A stretch of 53,741 bases of DNA, from contig NC_068982.1 in NCBI RefSeq assembly GCF_001194135.2, forward strand, positions 126,436,773 to 126,490,513, in the 5' to 3' direction. This document shows positions 38,113-50,574 of this stretch, one piece after another. Position 1 is the stretch's first letter. Each line of letters opens with the position of its first letter. Under the pieces are notes generated by a model. The model made no database searches, was not told the origin of the DNA, and was given only the letters and a program-made list of their open reading frames with translations. The position numbers and the translations under genes were made by a program. The stretch is from Octopus bimaculoides. Lineage: Eukaryota.

Positions 38113-38970
38113 ATATATNNNNNNNNNNNNNNNNNNNNNNNNNNNNNNNNNNNNNNNNNNNNTATATATATATATATATATATATATAGACGAGGGCAGC
38201 TGCATTGAACTCTCTCATGCATCAAATGTCAATTCCTAAAAAGCATTCATGAAGTCAAATTATGTAGCAACACCAAATGGCAGTGCCCCAGCATGGTCAC
38301 AGCTAGATGAAAAATAAAAAAATAAAAAAATATATATATATAAGAGAGAGTAACAGATTCCTATGCATGCAAGTTTTCCTTCTCTATGTCACTGATGTGT
38401 AGCCAAACTTGGGCTAATGCATCTTGACACCAGTGTTGTTGCAGACATTGCTCCAGAATGCAAAGAGCTAGTACAGATATTACAAAATATCTTACAGCTC
38501 TGCTAACCCAGCAGCCAGAATGGAACTGTTTTTATCAAACTCCAAAGAAGATGAAAGACAAAGATGACACAGGCAGGAACTGAACTCAGAACACAGAGAG
38601 CCAGAATAAATACTATAGGGAATTCTATCCAAGGCCTTCACAACTGTACTAATTCACCGTCTTCAGCATGTCAGAGATGCAGCGTATTTATCATTGGTAA
38701 ACCGGGAGCTTGTAACCGACAGTGTTATCGTTCACAAAGTCTGATATAAATAAATAAATAAATAGATAAATAAAAATGTGAATGAATGAATAAATAAATA
38801 TATGAAGGTAGACTTGGTTAAGAAATGTACCCAAAAAACAAAAATAAGGAAAACTTTAAGCATCATGATATACACAGACACATACATGTGTGTGTGTGTG
38901 CATGTGTGTCAATATATCTATCTGTCTATCTTTCAATCTATAAATATATATATATACATAAATTATATTC

Positions 38971-39020
<50 letters not shown>

Positions 39021-39800
39021 NNNNNNNNNNNNNNNNNNNNNNNNNNNNNNNNNNNNNNNNNNNNNNNNNNNNNNNNNNNNNNNNNNNNNNNNNNNNNNNN
39101 NNNNNNNNNNNNNNNNNNNNNNNNNNNNNNNNNNNNNNNNNNNNNNNNNNNNNNNNNNNNNNNNNNNNNNNNNNNNNNNNNNNNNNNNNNNNNNNNNNNN
39201 NNNNNNNNNNNNNNNNNNNNNNNNNNNNNNNNNNNNNNNNNNNNNNNNNNNNNNNNNNNNNNNNNNNNNNNNNNNNNNNNNNNNNNNNNNNNNNNNNNNN
39301 NNNNNNNNNNNNNNNNNNNNNNNNNNNNNNNNNNNNNNNNNNNNNNNNNNNNNNNNNNNNNNNNNNNNNNNNNNNNNNNNNNNNNNNNNNNNNNNNNNNN
39401 NNNNNNNNNNNNNNNNNNNNNNNNNNNNNNNNNNNNNNNNNNNNNNNNNNNNNNNNNNNNNNNNNNNNNNNNNNNNNNNNNNNNNNNNNNNNNNNNNNNN
39501 NNNNNNNNNNNNNNNNNNNNNNNNNNNNNNNNNNNNNNNNNNNNNNNNNNNNNNNNNNNNNNNNNNNNNNNNNNNNNNNNNNNNNNNNNNNNNNNNNNNN
39601 NNNNNNNNNNNNNNNNNNNNNNNNNNNNNNNNNNNNNNNNNNNNNNNNNNNNNNNNNNNNNNNNNNNNNNNNNNNNNNNNNNNNNNNNNNNNNNNNNNNN
39701 NNNNNNNNNNNNNNNNNNNNNNNNNNNNNNNNNNNNNNNNNNNNNNNNNNNNNNNNNNNNNNNNNNNNNNNNNNNNNNNNNNNNNNNNNNNNNNNNNNNN

Positions 39801-39853
<53 letters not shown>

Positions 39854-39970
39854 ATGTATGTATTTATGTATGTATTTATGCATGTATATGTTTGTATGTA
39901 TGTATGTATGTAAGTATGTATAGATTGTTTGAAGTTGTGTATACACATAAGCACGCGCACACATATATAA

Positions 39971-40008
<38 letters not shown>

Positions 40009-40199
40009 CACACAAACACACACCTGTATATATAAGAAAACAGTAAAGTATTAACTAGAACCTTAGCAATTTTCTTTTGCTGAGGAAAAAGGTGTAGATA
40101 AAAACAAAGCAGAAAAGATCAAGAATATAAAAAATAGACAAAATCAAAGAAGTTCTCAAAAAGAAAAAAAAAACAAGTTAAAGAATAAAAAGATACAGA

Positions 40200-40455
40200 A
40201 AAGAAAGAGAAAAACTGTCTTTGTGGTCAGTACCCTGCAAGGAATTCAGCCAATACAAAAAAGCAGACAATTGTTCAAAAGTTTTGGACTTAAAGGCAGA
40301 AATGAAAGACTGTGCAAGATTAATGTCTGATCACAAAAAGCTACCAAAATAAAATAAAATAATAGGTTGGACACTATGTAATCAACATAAAGAAACAAGG
40401 AACCACTCCATTTTTGGTTGTGCAGGCCTTGCAAAGACTGAATATATTCACATAT
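40200..40455 (+). mobile_element. R4/Dong-type LINE fragment (CCHC region)
   Basis: Across frames: LCGQYPAR..., QLFKSFGLK..., and TLCNQHKETRNHSIFGCAGLAKTEYIH, resembling CRLC...ETI.HI.SGC..LA.TEY..RH of RLE-type LINEs. Confidence 0.7.
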
Positions 40456-40497
40456 ATATAAGTGGGCAGATAGCTATATACTGGAAAATATACTGAT

Positions 40498-40568
<71 letters not shown>

Positions 40569-40629
40569 GTCTATCTATCTATAGGCAAATATCTCATCTG
40601 TTGACTATACACACACACACACATATATA

Positions 40630-41000
40630 CTCTTTTATTCTTATACACATCTCAGTCATTTGACTGCAGCCATGCTAGAACACCACTTTTAGTCAAAGAA
40701 ATCGACTCCAGGACTTGTTCTTTGTAAGCCTAGTACTTATTCTATTGACCTCTTTTGCTGAACTGCTAAGTTTAGGGAACATAAACACACCATCATTGGC
40801 TGTCAAGTGATGATAGGGGGACAAACACAGACACAAAGATACACACACATAAATGTATATATATATACACAATGAGCTTCTTTCAGTTTCCGTCTACCAA
40901 ATCCACTCACAAAGCTTTGGTTGGCTCGAGGCTATAGTAGAAGACACTTGCCCAAGGTGCTACACAGAATCATGTTGTTGGGAAGCAATGTTCTTATCAT
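40630..41000 (-). mobile_element. SINE family A, near full length
   Basis: Reverse complement of 18731-19121. Confidence 0.85.
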
Positions 41001-41187
41001 ACATATACACATGTATATACACAAGGCATTAAATAAAGGTCAGTACATATATCTTTCTTGTAGTAAATTTGACATACAACTGTTTCTGGTAGTCATTATA
41101 AGTTCATTATTAAATGGTTTATTAAATCAGCCCATTGATTGGTTGAGAAAAATCAAATGACCAGGAGAGTTAATGATACACACACAC

Positions 41188-41232
<45 letters not shown>

Positions 41233-41234
<2 letters not shown>

Positions 41235-41449
41235 ATGGGGTGCTGAAAAGTTCCTAGCTTGAAAGGTATTATGAAATGCCGGCTGGAAGCCCAACATTCC
41301 GAGCTCTTTTACAGGGCTTAGAAAAACTGAAGGACCACTGCAATAAGTATGTAAATCTGAGAGGGGAATATGTTGAATAAAATCATAATTAACTAATCCT
41401 CCTGTATTTTTTTTAACCCAAATCCAGGAACTTTCAGTATGCCCTTCTG
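41233..41449 (+). mobile_element. Mariner-derived MITE
   Basis: TIRs ggggtgctgaaaagttcct / aggaactttcagtatgccc; interior encodes the transposase C-terminus QGLEKLKDHCNKYVNLRGEYVE*. Confidence 0.8.
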
Positions 41450-41450
41450 T

Positions 41451-41518
<68 letters not shown>

Positions 41519-41859
41519 ATATCTATCTATCGATCTAATAGTTAGAATTTGCAAAAAAACAAAAGACGAAGACGGGTGTGTAAGTGACGGGAAGTGAGAA
41601 AGCTTTTTATGTTTTGAGCCTACGCACTTTGACAGAAAGGAACACAGAAATAAACAGGGAGAGAAAATATATATATATATATATATCCTGTTTGAGATAT
41701 ATATATCAAACAGGAGATTGGAAAAATTTTTGGAACATTGTATTCCCCATTACACATGTTTCATTTGCTAATAAGAGTTACAAAGTTGTACATGTAAAAG
41801 AATTGTGTATGATATCACCTATCAGAAATTCTTCAGACAGAGAGTCAAATAGTATTATT

Positions 41860-42165
41860 TGATTTTGTGTCTGGAGAATTTCTAATAGGAGATATTGATT
41901 TTAACTACAAATGCATATGATGTAAGCCTTTACCTTCATTAACTGTGACTGGAAAGAGGCCATCAAGTGAAAGTGAAGTTGTATGACAAAAAGCCATAAA
42001 GGTATGGACATTAAACTTGATGTTTTACAAATGTTTTATGTGGGAGAGACAGTCAAACATTATATAGAAGTTTAATGTTAACAACAATATTTTGATGCAA
42101 TTGTAGGCTTTGAAGAACTCAAAGAAGAGGATGTTAAGTTATTAAAGTTTTGTGGTGAAGAGAAA
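41860..42165 (+). mobile_element. Tigger/pogo-like remnant (N-terminal HTH)
   Basis: GKRPSSESEVV...MDIKLDVLQMFYVGE; reverse-complement homologue of 44880-45155. Confidence 0.55.
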
Positions 42166-42171
42166 TGAAAT

Positions 42172-42273
42172 GGAGAGTAGATGTTTATCCCATTTGTTTA
42201 CAGCTGTTTCATAATCTTGTTATATAAAGATTATGAAACGACTGTAAACAAATGAAATAAACATCTACTCTCC
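42172..42273. repeat. 47-bp-arm hairpin with 8-nt loop
   Basis: Arms 42172-42218 and 42227-42273 differ at 4 positions; pairing extends imperfectly to about 42159-42288. Confidence 0.95.
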
Positions 42274-42590
42274 CACCTCACTTCTCTTATGTGTTCTATT
42301 ATATGCATTCTCTCCACCATTATATATCCCAGGTTTTCAGAATGACACAAAGGTTTATCCAAACCTCAACCATAGTCATTCTTGTTAGCCATGGCATTGG
42401 CAGAGAGTTGAGAGCTGTTTGATTCTTTGAATCCCACCCGCCAAACGTCAGTGGATCATATATCCCAAAAAGAAGCATACCCTAAATGTTAGAGCTGCCA
42501 TTAGAGTCTGATGAGTTGTCCAATAAAGCTAAGCACTTTATGGATGTAAAACCATTGGTCACTCTATGACTGGCCATATAGTTAACTTCT

Positions 42591-42624
<34 letters not shown>

Positions 42625-42667
42625 NNNNNNNNNNNNNNNNNNNNNNNNNNNNNNNNNNNNNNNNNNN

Positions 42668-43465
42668 GACAATACAAAGGCAGACAGGAGAAACAACAAT
42701 TAGAAGGACAGGAAAAAAAAAAGATAAGTCATTTGTGGCCTTCTTTCATCAGTCAAATTTACCAGAAGTCCTTACTGTTTTGGGCAGTTACACTTCAGAC
42801 AGTTTGATCTGGTTACTCCCCAAAAAGTCTAAGCTAAGAGCATTAGGTTTTTTTGTAAGAATGCTAATGAATGTTTACAGCAACAAAGACAAAAAACGGA
42901 GAACATAGTACACAATTACAAATACAAACAACAAGAAAATAACAAGTTTCTTTCGACTGAGAATGAATCAAATTGAGCTGGTGTGTATGAAGTGAAAGCC
43001 TGAAGGCAAGAATATAGGAGATGGACATAAGAGGTGTTGGCGGTCAGCAGTCCGGCCAGAAAGAAAGAAAGATCATGGCTGGTTGGATACCGGTCATGTG
43101 GAAGGAGGGGAGAGGGGTAGTGGACAGTGAGATTGAAGGATTAGAAAAAAAATCAGAGACAAAAGGAAAGGGACAAGGGAGATAAACGAGGGGGAAAAGG
43201 CGGGAGTTAATGTAAGAGAGGGAAAAGAAATGTGAGAGAGAGGAGGAGTGAGAAAAAGAAAAGAGGAGGAAAGTATGAGGGGGACTAAAAGATAGAGTAA
43301 GAGTCGTACAAAATTTAGATGTATACCTACTATAAGGTGAACACATGTGTACGTACACCGCTATATGTATATATAAAAATAAAAAATGGAACAAAAATGC
43401 AATGGAGGACAATAAAACATTCGGACAGATAGACAATACAAAGGCAGACAGGAGAAACGACAATT
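42668..43465 (-). mobile_element. Penelope-like fragment bounded by a 34-bp direct repeat
   Basis: gacaatacaaaggcagacaggagaaac(a/g)acaatta at 42668 and 43432 (764-bp period); CTGATGA on minus at 42746-42752; CT-rich tract. Superfamily assignment is inferred. Confidence 0.45.
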
Positions 43466-43480
43466 ACATATATATATATA

Positions 43481-43536
<56 letters not shown>

Positions 43537-43679
43537 AAAGATATGCTTGTCCATACTGTTAAGGAGATGAAAGTAACTTGACCACAGAGCATAACCAACA
43601 ATAGAAGGGAAACCCATTGCAAGTTGATAAAAATCTCAATTACTTCCAGTCAAAACATGAACTGGATGGAAGTAAAAAA

Positions 43680-43870
43680 AAAAAAAATCTTCAAACTACA
43701 AAGACCTTGAAATAGAAGTAAACAAGACATCAAGGCTGAAAATATAAATGGCACCAATAACAATTAGTGCATTGGGTATGAAAAAAAAAAAAAAAGATGA
43801 CTAAAAACATAGGCATCATCCCAAGGCTTAAAACTATCTCAAAACTTAGGTGCAGCAGACATTATATAAA
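43680..43870 (+). mobile_element. R4/Dong-type LINE C-terminal (RLE) fragment
   Basis: SNYKDLEIEVNKTSRLKI*MAPITISALGMKK...LGAADII, resembling KYKDLEIEV.RMW...T..IPI.IGALG. Confidence 0.7.
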
Positions 43871-44599
43871 TTCAACTGGAAATATTTGCCTTTGATTATT
43901 ACAACCTACACAATAGGTATTCTATGCAGTTGCCTTCCTCTGCTATGAGAGATTTTGTAACAATTAAGATCAACTATAAAATAAAACAAGAAGCAATGAA
44001 AATACTGGTACTCAAAGTAGTCTTTGGGCTTATTTTGTTAAACCATCTAATCCAAGCCATCATGGAACATGGACATTAAATAGTGTTAATGACAATGATG
44101 TTGATGGTATATATACATTTGTACGTATATACATACATATATACATGCATACATGCATGTATGCATGCATGCATGCATACAGGTATCAGGAAGCTCAGTT
44201 CTTGAGAATCTTGCTGTAAAGTAGAATTTTATAATGCAAAACTTTTTACCTCATTGGTTTCCATTTTATAAATTGAGATGCATTCTGACAGGATTTCTTT
44301 TTTTTAAAGAAACACAAACAAAACAAATGAGACAGTTTTATGCACAAATATAGGAATATCTAAACACACATAGCATTGTATGTATATGCAAGAAACATTT
44401 GGAAACAAATATAGAATAAATGAGAATATGGTAATATCATTGTAGAGTTAATTGCCTACAAAGATGTTGACTGCTGTATGGTGGAAGGTGATGCAATGGA
44501 AGTTACAGGGAGAAAGAAAGGCAAGAGCACTGTCTTCTGTCCTGTTAATCAACATTATTATCAATTAGTGTTTACATCTGGAGTGAAGAATTTATCCAA

Positions 44600-45155
44600 T
44601 GTTGTCTGATGTTTACAATACCCCATCTCTTTGTACAGCTCAGTGTAGGAACTGAGCTAATTGTGAACTCCTTGTGTAATTTTTATGCTACATTCATAAT
44701 TAGGATCATTATTAACAAATACATGCAGATCTTTTCCTGTAAGTGCCAAGTCTTTAGCCATATTCTTGTAATCAGCTGTAGGAGAATCACGACACTTCTA
44801 TATCATTTTTCATTGCAGCTTGCTCATATTCTAACAGAACAAACTTCTCATCAAATAAATTTTCATTACAAAACTATTATAACTTAACATCAACTTCTAT
44901 GAGTTCTTCAAAGCCTACAAATGCATGAAAATATTGTTGCCAACTTCAGATTTTTATAAAATGTTTGAATTTTCTCCCACACCAAGCATTTCTGAAACAC
45001 CAGGTTTAATGTCCATAGTAATACCTTTATGGCTATTTGTTATACTACTTCAGTTCCATTTGATAGCCTCTTTCCAGTCATTGTTAATGAAAGTAAAGGC
45101 TAATGTTGTATGTGTTTGTAGTTAAACTCAACATTGGAGATAGACAAGAAAATCA
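44600..45155 (-). mobile_element. Internally deleted Tigger/pogo-like element
   Basis: N-terminal MTGK...ITMDIKPGV joined to a C-terminal LHVFVNNDPNYECSIKITQGVHN*LSSYTELYKEM, resembling the Tigger F...DPN.ERS.KV...Y.ELY.E motif. Confidence 0.6.
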
Positions 45156-46709
45156 CATGAAATTGTAAAACAGCAGAATTTTAGGAAAGTAATGATCTGT
45201 GATGGTAAAAAGTGGGAGCTTCTTACTTCACACACAAAAATGGAAATGTGAAAGCGAAAAGAGATGATATACAATACATGGCACGGTGTGATCAAAATTA
45301 GTAGCACAACTTAATGAAAGGAAGGTGAGAGTAATGAAAAGGTAAGGTCATTTGAATTGGTGCATGCACAAATAAAGGTGAGGTGGAAGAGGTAACTGGT
45401 TGTTGTTAATGATGTTAAGAGCAATGGCAAACAAGGTGTAGGGGAGGAGGAGGGCACAATCCAGCATTAGCAAACAATATTATGAAGAGTGAAAAATAAA
45501 GAAAAGTTTGAGTGAAAAAAAAGAAATAAATTTAAAGAATTGAATTGGCTGTATAGAGAATGGTGACAGAAATAATGAGGGAACTGACCAGATGTATTAA
45601 AAATATCATAACAAATATATATTATTTAAAAAGAGAAATATTTACACACACACACATACACACACACATTCACGTACACACTCACACATGTACTCAGATC
45701 ATGATTTTATTTTGAAAATTTTGAAAATTTACCTGAGCTTTCATAGTGTGGAATTCAACCACCAAAGATTCTATAGCACAAGTGGGTGCCTAAAACATAT
45801 ANNNNNNNNNNNNNNNNNNNNNNNNNNNNNNNNNNNNNNNNNNNNNNNNNNNNNNNNNNNNNNNNNNNNNNNNNNNNNNNNNNNNNNNNNNNNNNNNNNN
45901 NNNNNNNNNNNNNNNNNNNNNNNNNNNNNNNNNNNNNNNNNNNNNNNNNNNNNNNNNNNNNNNNNNNNNNNTGTGTGTGTATGTGTCTGTGTGTGTGTGT
46001 GTGTGTGTATGATATGCATGCATATATACATGTGCACACACACACAAAGTATGTAAACTCAAGAACAGCTGCAAATTACCAATGTAATTTATAAATTTGA
46101 CAGTAAAAGTGGAAATCAAAACTTTATGATCTTAAATGTTAGATTGGCCATTTGAGCACGACATTTTGATTCAGGTTTGCCACATGGAGCAATTACAAAA
46201 ATATCAACAGACAATACATCCATATTGTATAGACTTCCTTACAAAAATGGATGACTAATTATGGAAGCAAATTCATATTACAGCACAAACCCAAATAAAG
46301 ACACTGGCAATATACAAATTACAAATAGGTTACGAGTATAATTAAAAATATGTAACTCTAATGATCAAAATACTTGCCAATGACATGAAAATCTAATGGT
46401 CAATTGTCTTTAAAATGCTGCAGCTCATGGAGGTGATGACAAAGGACCGTCTGTGCCGCAGAAAACCTGTTCACCTTTGGCAACTTTAACTCAAAACTAG
46501 TGTTTAGAGGCTGTAAAATTTGGAGGCTTGCATTTACTGCTGCCTAGTTTTATATGTTTGACCCCACCTCTTATTTACCTGTTGCTCAAGTCCTCCTTGA
46601 GACCCATCTCCTTATCACTCACATCTCTCTCTCTCATCTCCTGACCATCTGGGCTGATTGCATTGTTTACATCACTTCCTCTCTTGCCCATCAGTAGATC
46701 TGAATGTAT

Positions 46710-46775
<66 letters not shown>

Positions 46776-48380
46776 GAAATATTCTATTGAACATACTTGG
46801 TCAAAAATAATTGAAGTTTTTTTTCTGTTTAATATTGTTTGTTCAAATTTCTTTCCAGTAACTTCTTACTTTTTCTTTTTTTTTTATTTCCTTTTTGGCC
46901 AATCATCTGCTGAAACATCAAATGCATACTTCCTGTTAATTAATCTATGAGTATTAAATATAAATGTCTTATTCATTTTCACTATATGTGAAGGACGAAT
47001 GGTATCTATAGCCTTGGCTTTTGACTCTCTTAATCCAGAGGTAAGGATTACTAGGTGAGGTTGTCATAGTCAACGTGAAGTCCCTGGTTAGAAAGGAAAA
47101 ATGTTGGTGAGAAGGAATTCCAGCACGATGACGCTTTGGAGAAAATTAATTAACCCGAGTGTCATGATGCTGTTTTAGCTATTGCTGCTGTTGTTGTAGC
47201 TGTTGTTGTTGTTGTTGTTGTTGTTCAAGTTTAGCCCTAGGTTAGCTCTTACTAAGCAAGCGATGATCAAATGACTTTTGGCTGTGTTCATTCTGATTTT
47301 CTCCCCCACCACAAGATATAATGTAATTAGGATATACATTATTCAGTGATTCTTTTTTATAAGGTGGTGTCTTTCATTTTTAATTTGATTCAGTTACTGG
47401 ACTGTGGTCATGCTGGAGCATCACCTTGAATGGAAGGGCATTCAGCAACAGAACCATGCTAAATATGACATTGAAGCTTGACATAGCCCTGCATCTTGAC
47501 TGGTTTCCTGTCAAACTGTCCTACCCCTGTCAACATGAAAAGTGGAGATGTCAAATGAATAATATGCTTCCACACAATTTCTGTCTACCAGATTCACTCA
47601 CAAGGTATTGTTTAACCTGAGGCTGTTGTAAAAGACACTTGCCTAAAGTGTAGCACTGGATATGACTTCAGGGAAATTTGTTTGCTACTTCTAGCAGGTC
47701 AAGTAATTACTTAGTGTCTCCTCCTTTGGCTTGAAGTGTTTCATATAGATGTTAGAATTATAATACAGTAACGCTGTCGGGGAAAAAGGAGAGAGGTATG
47801 TATTTCAAGCTTTTAAGTAAAGGTAGTATATTTATGTAGTGATGATATCATCAAATAATTTTTCTGCTTTGTGTAGAATTTAGAGAAGTATTATCATTCT
47901 GTGGTATCTTTTTGTAATTCTCTAGTTGGCGTGCTACAATAGATTTTAATGGAACTAGTCCTAAAGTCTATCAGTTTATAAATATATGTCTGATACTTCT
48001 TATAATTCTGTTAATTCTGTAGTTTTCCCCATATCTTTTAAGAGAATTGTGCCTATATTTCATTTTTAATTATATATCAGAATTAATTAGAACAGTTATT
48101 TATTACTTTGAGAAATATTGACAACAAACCCATGTAATTCATGCCAGCATTGAAAATTGGGTTAGAAACCAGTGGTTATCAATCAATGGGTTATCAAGCA
48201 ATAATTAAGTGGATCAATACCTGTATTAATTTTAAAGGTATTCTTCATTTTTGATTCTCTTATTCAATGATATAAGACCATTCCACCTCTTGTATTTAAC
48301 TTATACCAACATGAAAAGTATGGTGGTGGTGGTGGTAGTGGTGGTAATAGCAATACATTTAATGACAATGATGATAGAAG

Positions 48381-49545
48381 GCAATGAGCTGGCAGAAACG
48401 TTAGCACGCTGGGCGAAATGCTCAGCGGTATTTCATCTGCCGTTAAGTTCTGAGTTCAAATTTCATTGAGGTCGACTTTGCCTTTCATCCTTTTGGGGTC
48501 GATAAAGTAAGTACCAGTTGCATACTGGGGTTGCTTTAACTGACTGCCCCCACCTCTCCCAAAATTTCAGGCCTTGTGCCTAGAGTAGAACAGAATATTT
48601 AAAGATGGCAAACTGGCAGAAATGTTAGCACGTTGAGTGAAATGCTTTAGTGGTATTTCGTCTGTCGCTACGTTCAGAGTTCAAATTCCACTGAGGTCAA
48701 CTTTGCCTTTCATCCTTTTTGGGTCGATTAAATAAGTATCAGTTGCACACTGGGGTCGATGTAATCGACTTAATCTCCTTGTCTGTCCTTGTTTGTCCCC
48801 TCCATGTTTAGCCCCTTGAGGGCAATAAAGAAATAAGAAACATTAACACACCAGGCGAAATGCTTAGTGGTATTTTGTCTGCTGCTATGTTCTGAGTTCA
48901 AATTCCGCCGAAGTCAACTTTGCCTTTCATCCTTTCGGGGTCGATTAAATAAGNNNNNNNNNNGAAGTCAACTTTGCCTTTCATCCTTTCGGGGTCGATT
49001 AAATAAGTACCAGCTATGCACTGGGGTCGATATAATCGACTTAATCCGTTTGTCTGTCCCTGTTTGTTCCCTCTGTGTTTAGCCACTTGTGGGCTGTAGA
49101 GAAATAAGAAATGTTAGCATGCTTAGTGGTATTTCGTCTGTCACTGCCTTCTGAGTTCAAATTCTGCTGTGGTTGACTTTGTCTTTCATCCTTTCAGGAT
49201 TGATAACTTAAGTACCAGTTGCATACTGGAGTCGATCTAATTGACTGGCCCCCTCCCCACAAATTTCGGGCCTGTGCCTAGAGCAGAAAAAAATCGTTAG
49301 TCCACTGGACAAAACGCTAGTGGCATTTCTCCTGGCTTGATGTTCTGAGATCAAACCCTACTGAGGCTGACTTTACTTTTCATTCTTTCAGAGTCAATAC
49401 CATATGTATCACTTGAGAAATGGGGTTGATAAAATAAGTACCAGCTCTATACCAGAGTTAATGAAATAAGCACCCGTTGAGCACTAGGAGTGATATAACT
49501 GACTTCACTCCTCCCATCAAAATTGCAGGACTTGTGCAAAAAAAT
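48381..49545 (+). mobile_element. Head-to-tail array of SINE family B (5-6 units)
   Basis: Units begin at about 48381, 48604, 48837, 49111 and 49291; each has ttagcac...gagttcaaatt...gactttgcctttcatcc...aagtaccag; two alternative tails. Confidence 0.9.
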
Positions 49546-50519
49546 TAGAAGGAATTTGAAATGAGATAAGCCTTATTCTGTTTCTTTTATTTAACTCATG
49601 CAAACACGAAAAGTATGGTGGTGGTGTTGGTGATTGCATTGATTGCTATGACAATGATGATGATAACAGTTATGTACTCAATATATATATCTAACAGCTT
49701 TTCATTGCCCAGTTTCACGTATCAGTTGTATAACTTTCCTGAAGAACCTTCTTCATCTCACAAACATTATCAAATGTGGGCCCTCGTTTTATTACTGTGC
49801 AGCTATCAAAGAATCATAGCTGCGCCAACAGCAATGACATCAAAAGAGGAATCAATAAGCAATATTTTTAAACTGACCCAACCCTTTTATTGCCGTATGT
49901 CAAAGTATGTGCGTGCGTGTGTGTGTGTGTGTGTGTGTGGCCAGGATCACAACCGGAAACGTCCAGAGGAAATTTAGAAGCAGTTTTCTTTATTAGTGAT
50001 GTGACAAATTTCTCTTGACAACCATCACTGTCTCTTGATTGAGGAAGCATAAATAAAACTATGACATAAAAGGAAAGGAATTTAATAACCTTCCCCACCC
50101 ACATACTATTGCTGAAAAAAAAAGAAGCAAACTAAACAAAACAAAGCAAAAAGCAAAAACAAAATAGAACAAAAAACAAAAAAACAAGCAATTTCAAATT
50201 AAAATTACGTAAATAACCGATTTGCAACCATCAACTTGTTCTAGAAAATTCTCTAATGCCATAAACAAATGTTGTAAAATAAAATGAAACAAAACATTTT
50301 CAAAACCTTTTCAGGATGATGATTAATTATCCGTGTGTGCGTGTGTGTGTCTTTGTGAGTGTGTGAGAGTGTGTGTGTGTGTGTGTGTGTGTGTCTATGT
50401 GTTTATGTGTGTATGTGTTTGTGAGTGTGTGCATACATGCACACGCACATACATGTATGCATGCCCATAAATATACATGCCCATAAATATACATGCACAC
50501 ACACATATACACATATATG

Positions 50520-50574
<55 letters not shown>

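Noticed and set aside
38400-38495. Exon-like frame KLGLMHLDTSVVADIAPECKELVQILQNIL
   Set aside because: No good donor, and it runs into a reversed SINE B remnant.
46170-46480. Weak R2/NeSL-like peptides (GLPHGA...LYRLPYKNG; DRLCRR)
   Set aside because: Similarity too short and fragmentary to support a call.
48911-49003. Identical SINE segment on both sides of the 10-N gap
   Set aside because: Probably a contig-overlap assembly artefact, so it was not counted as an extra array unit.
48381-49545. Regularly spaced repeats as a possible CRISPR array
   Set aside because: Units are ~200-bp SINEs without unique spacers, there are no cas genes, and the DNA is eukaryotic.
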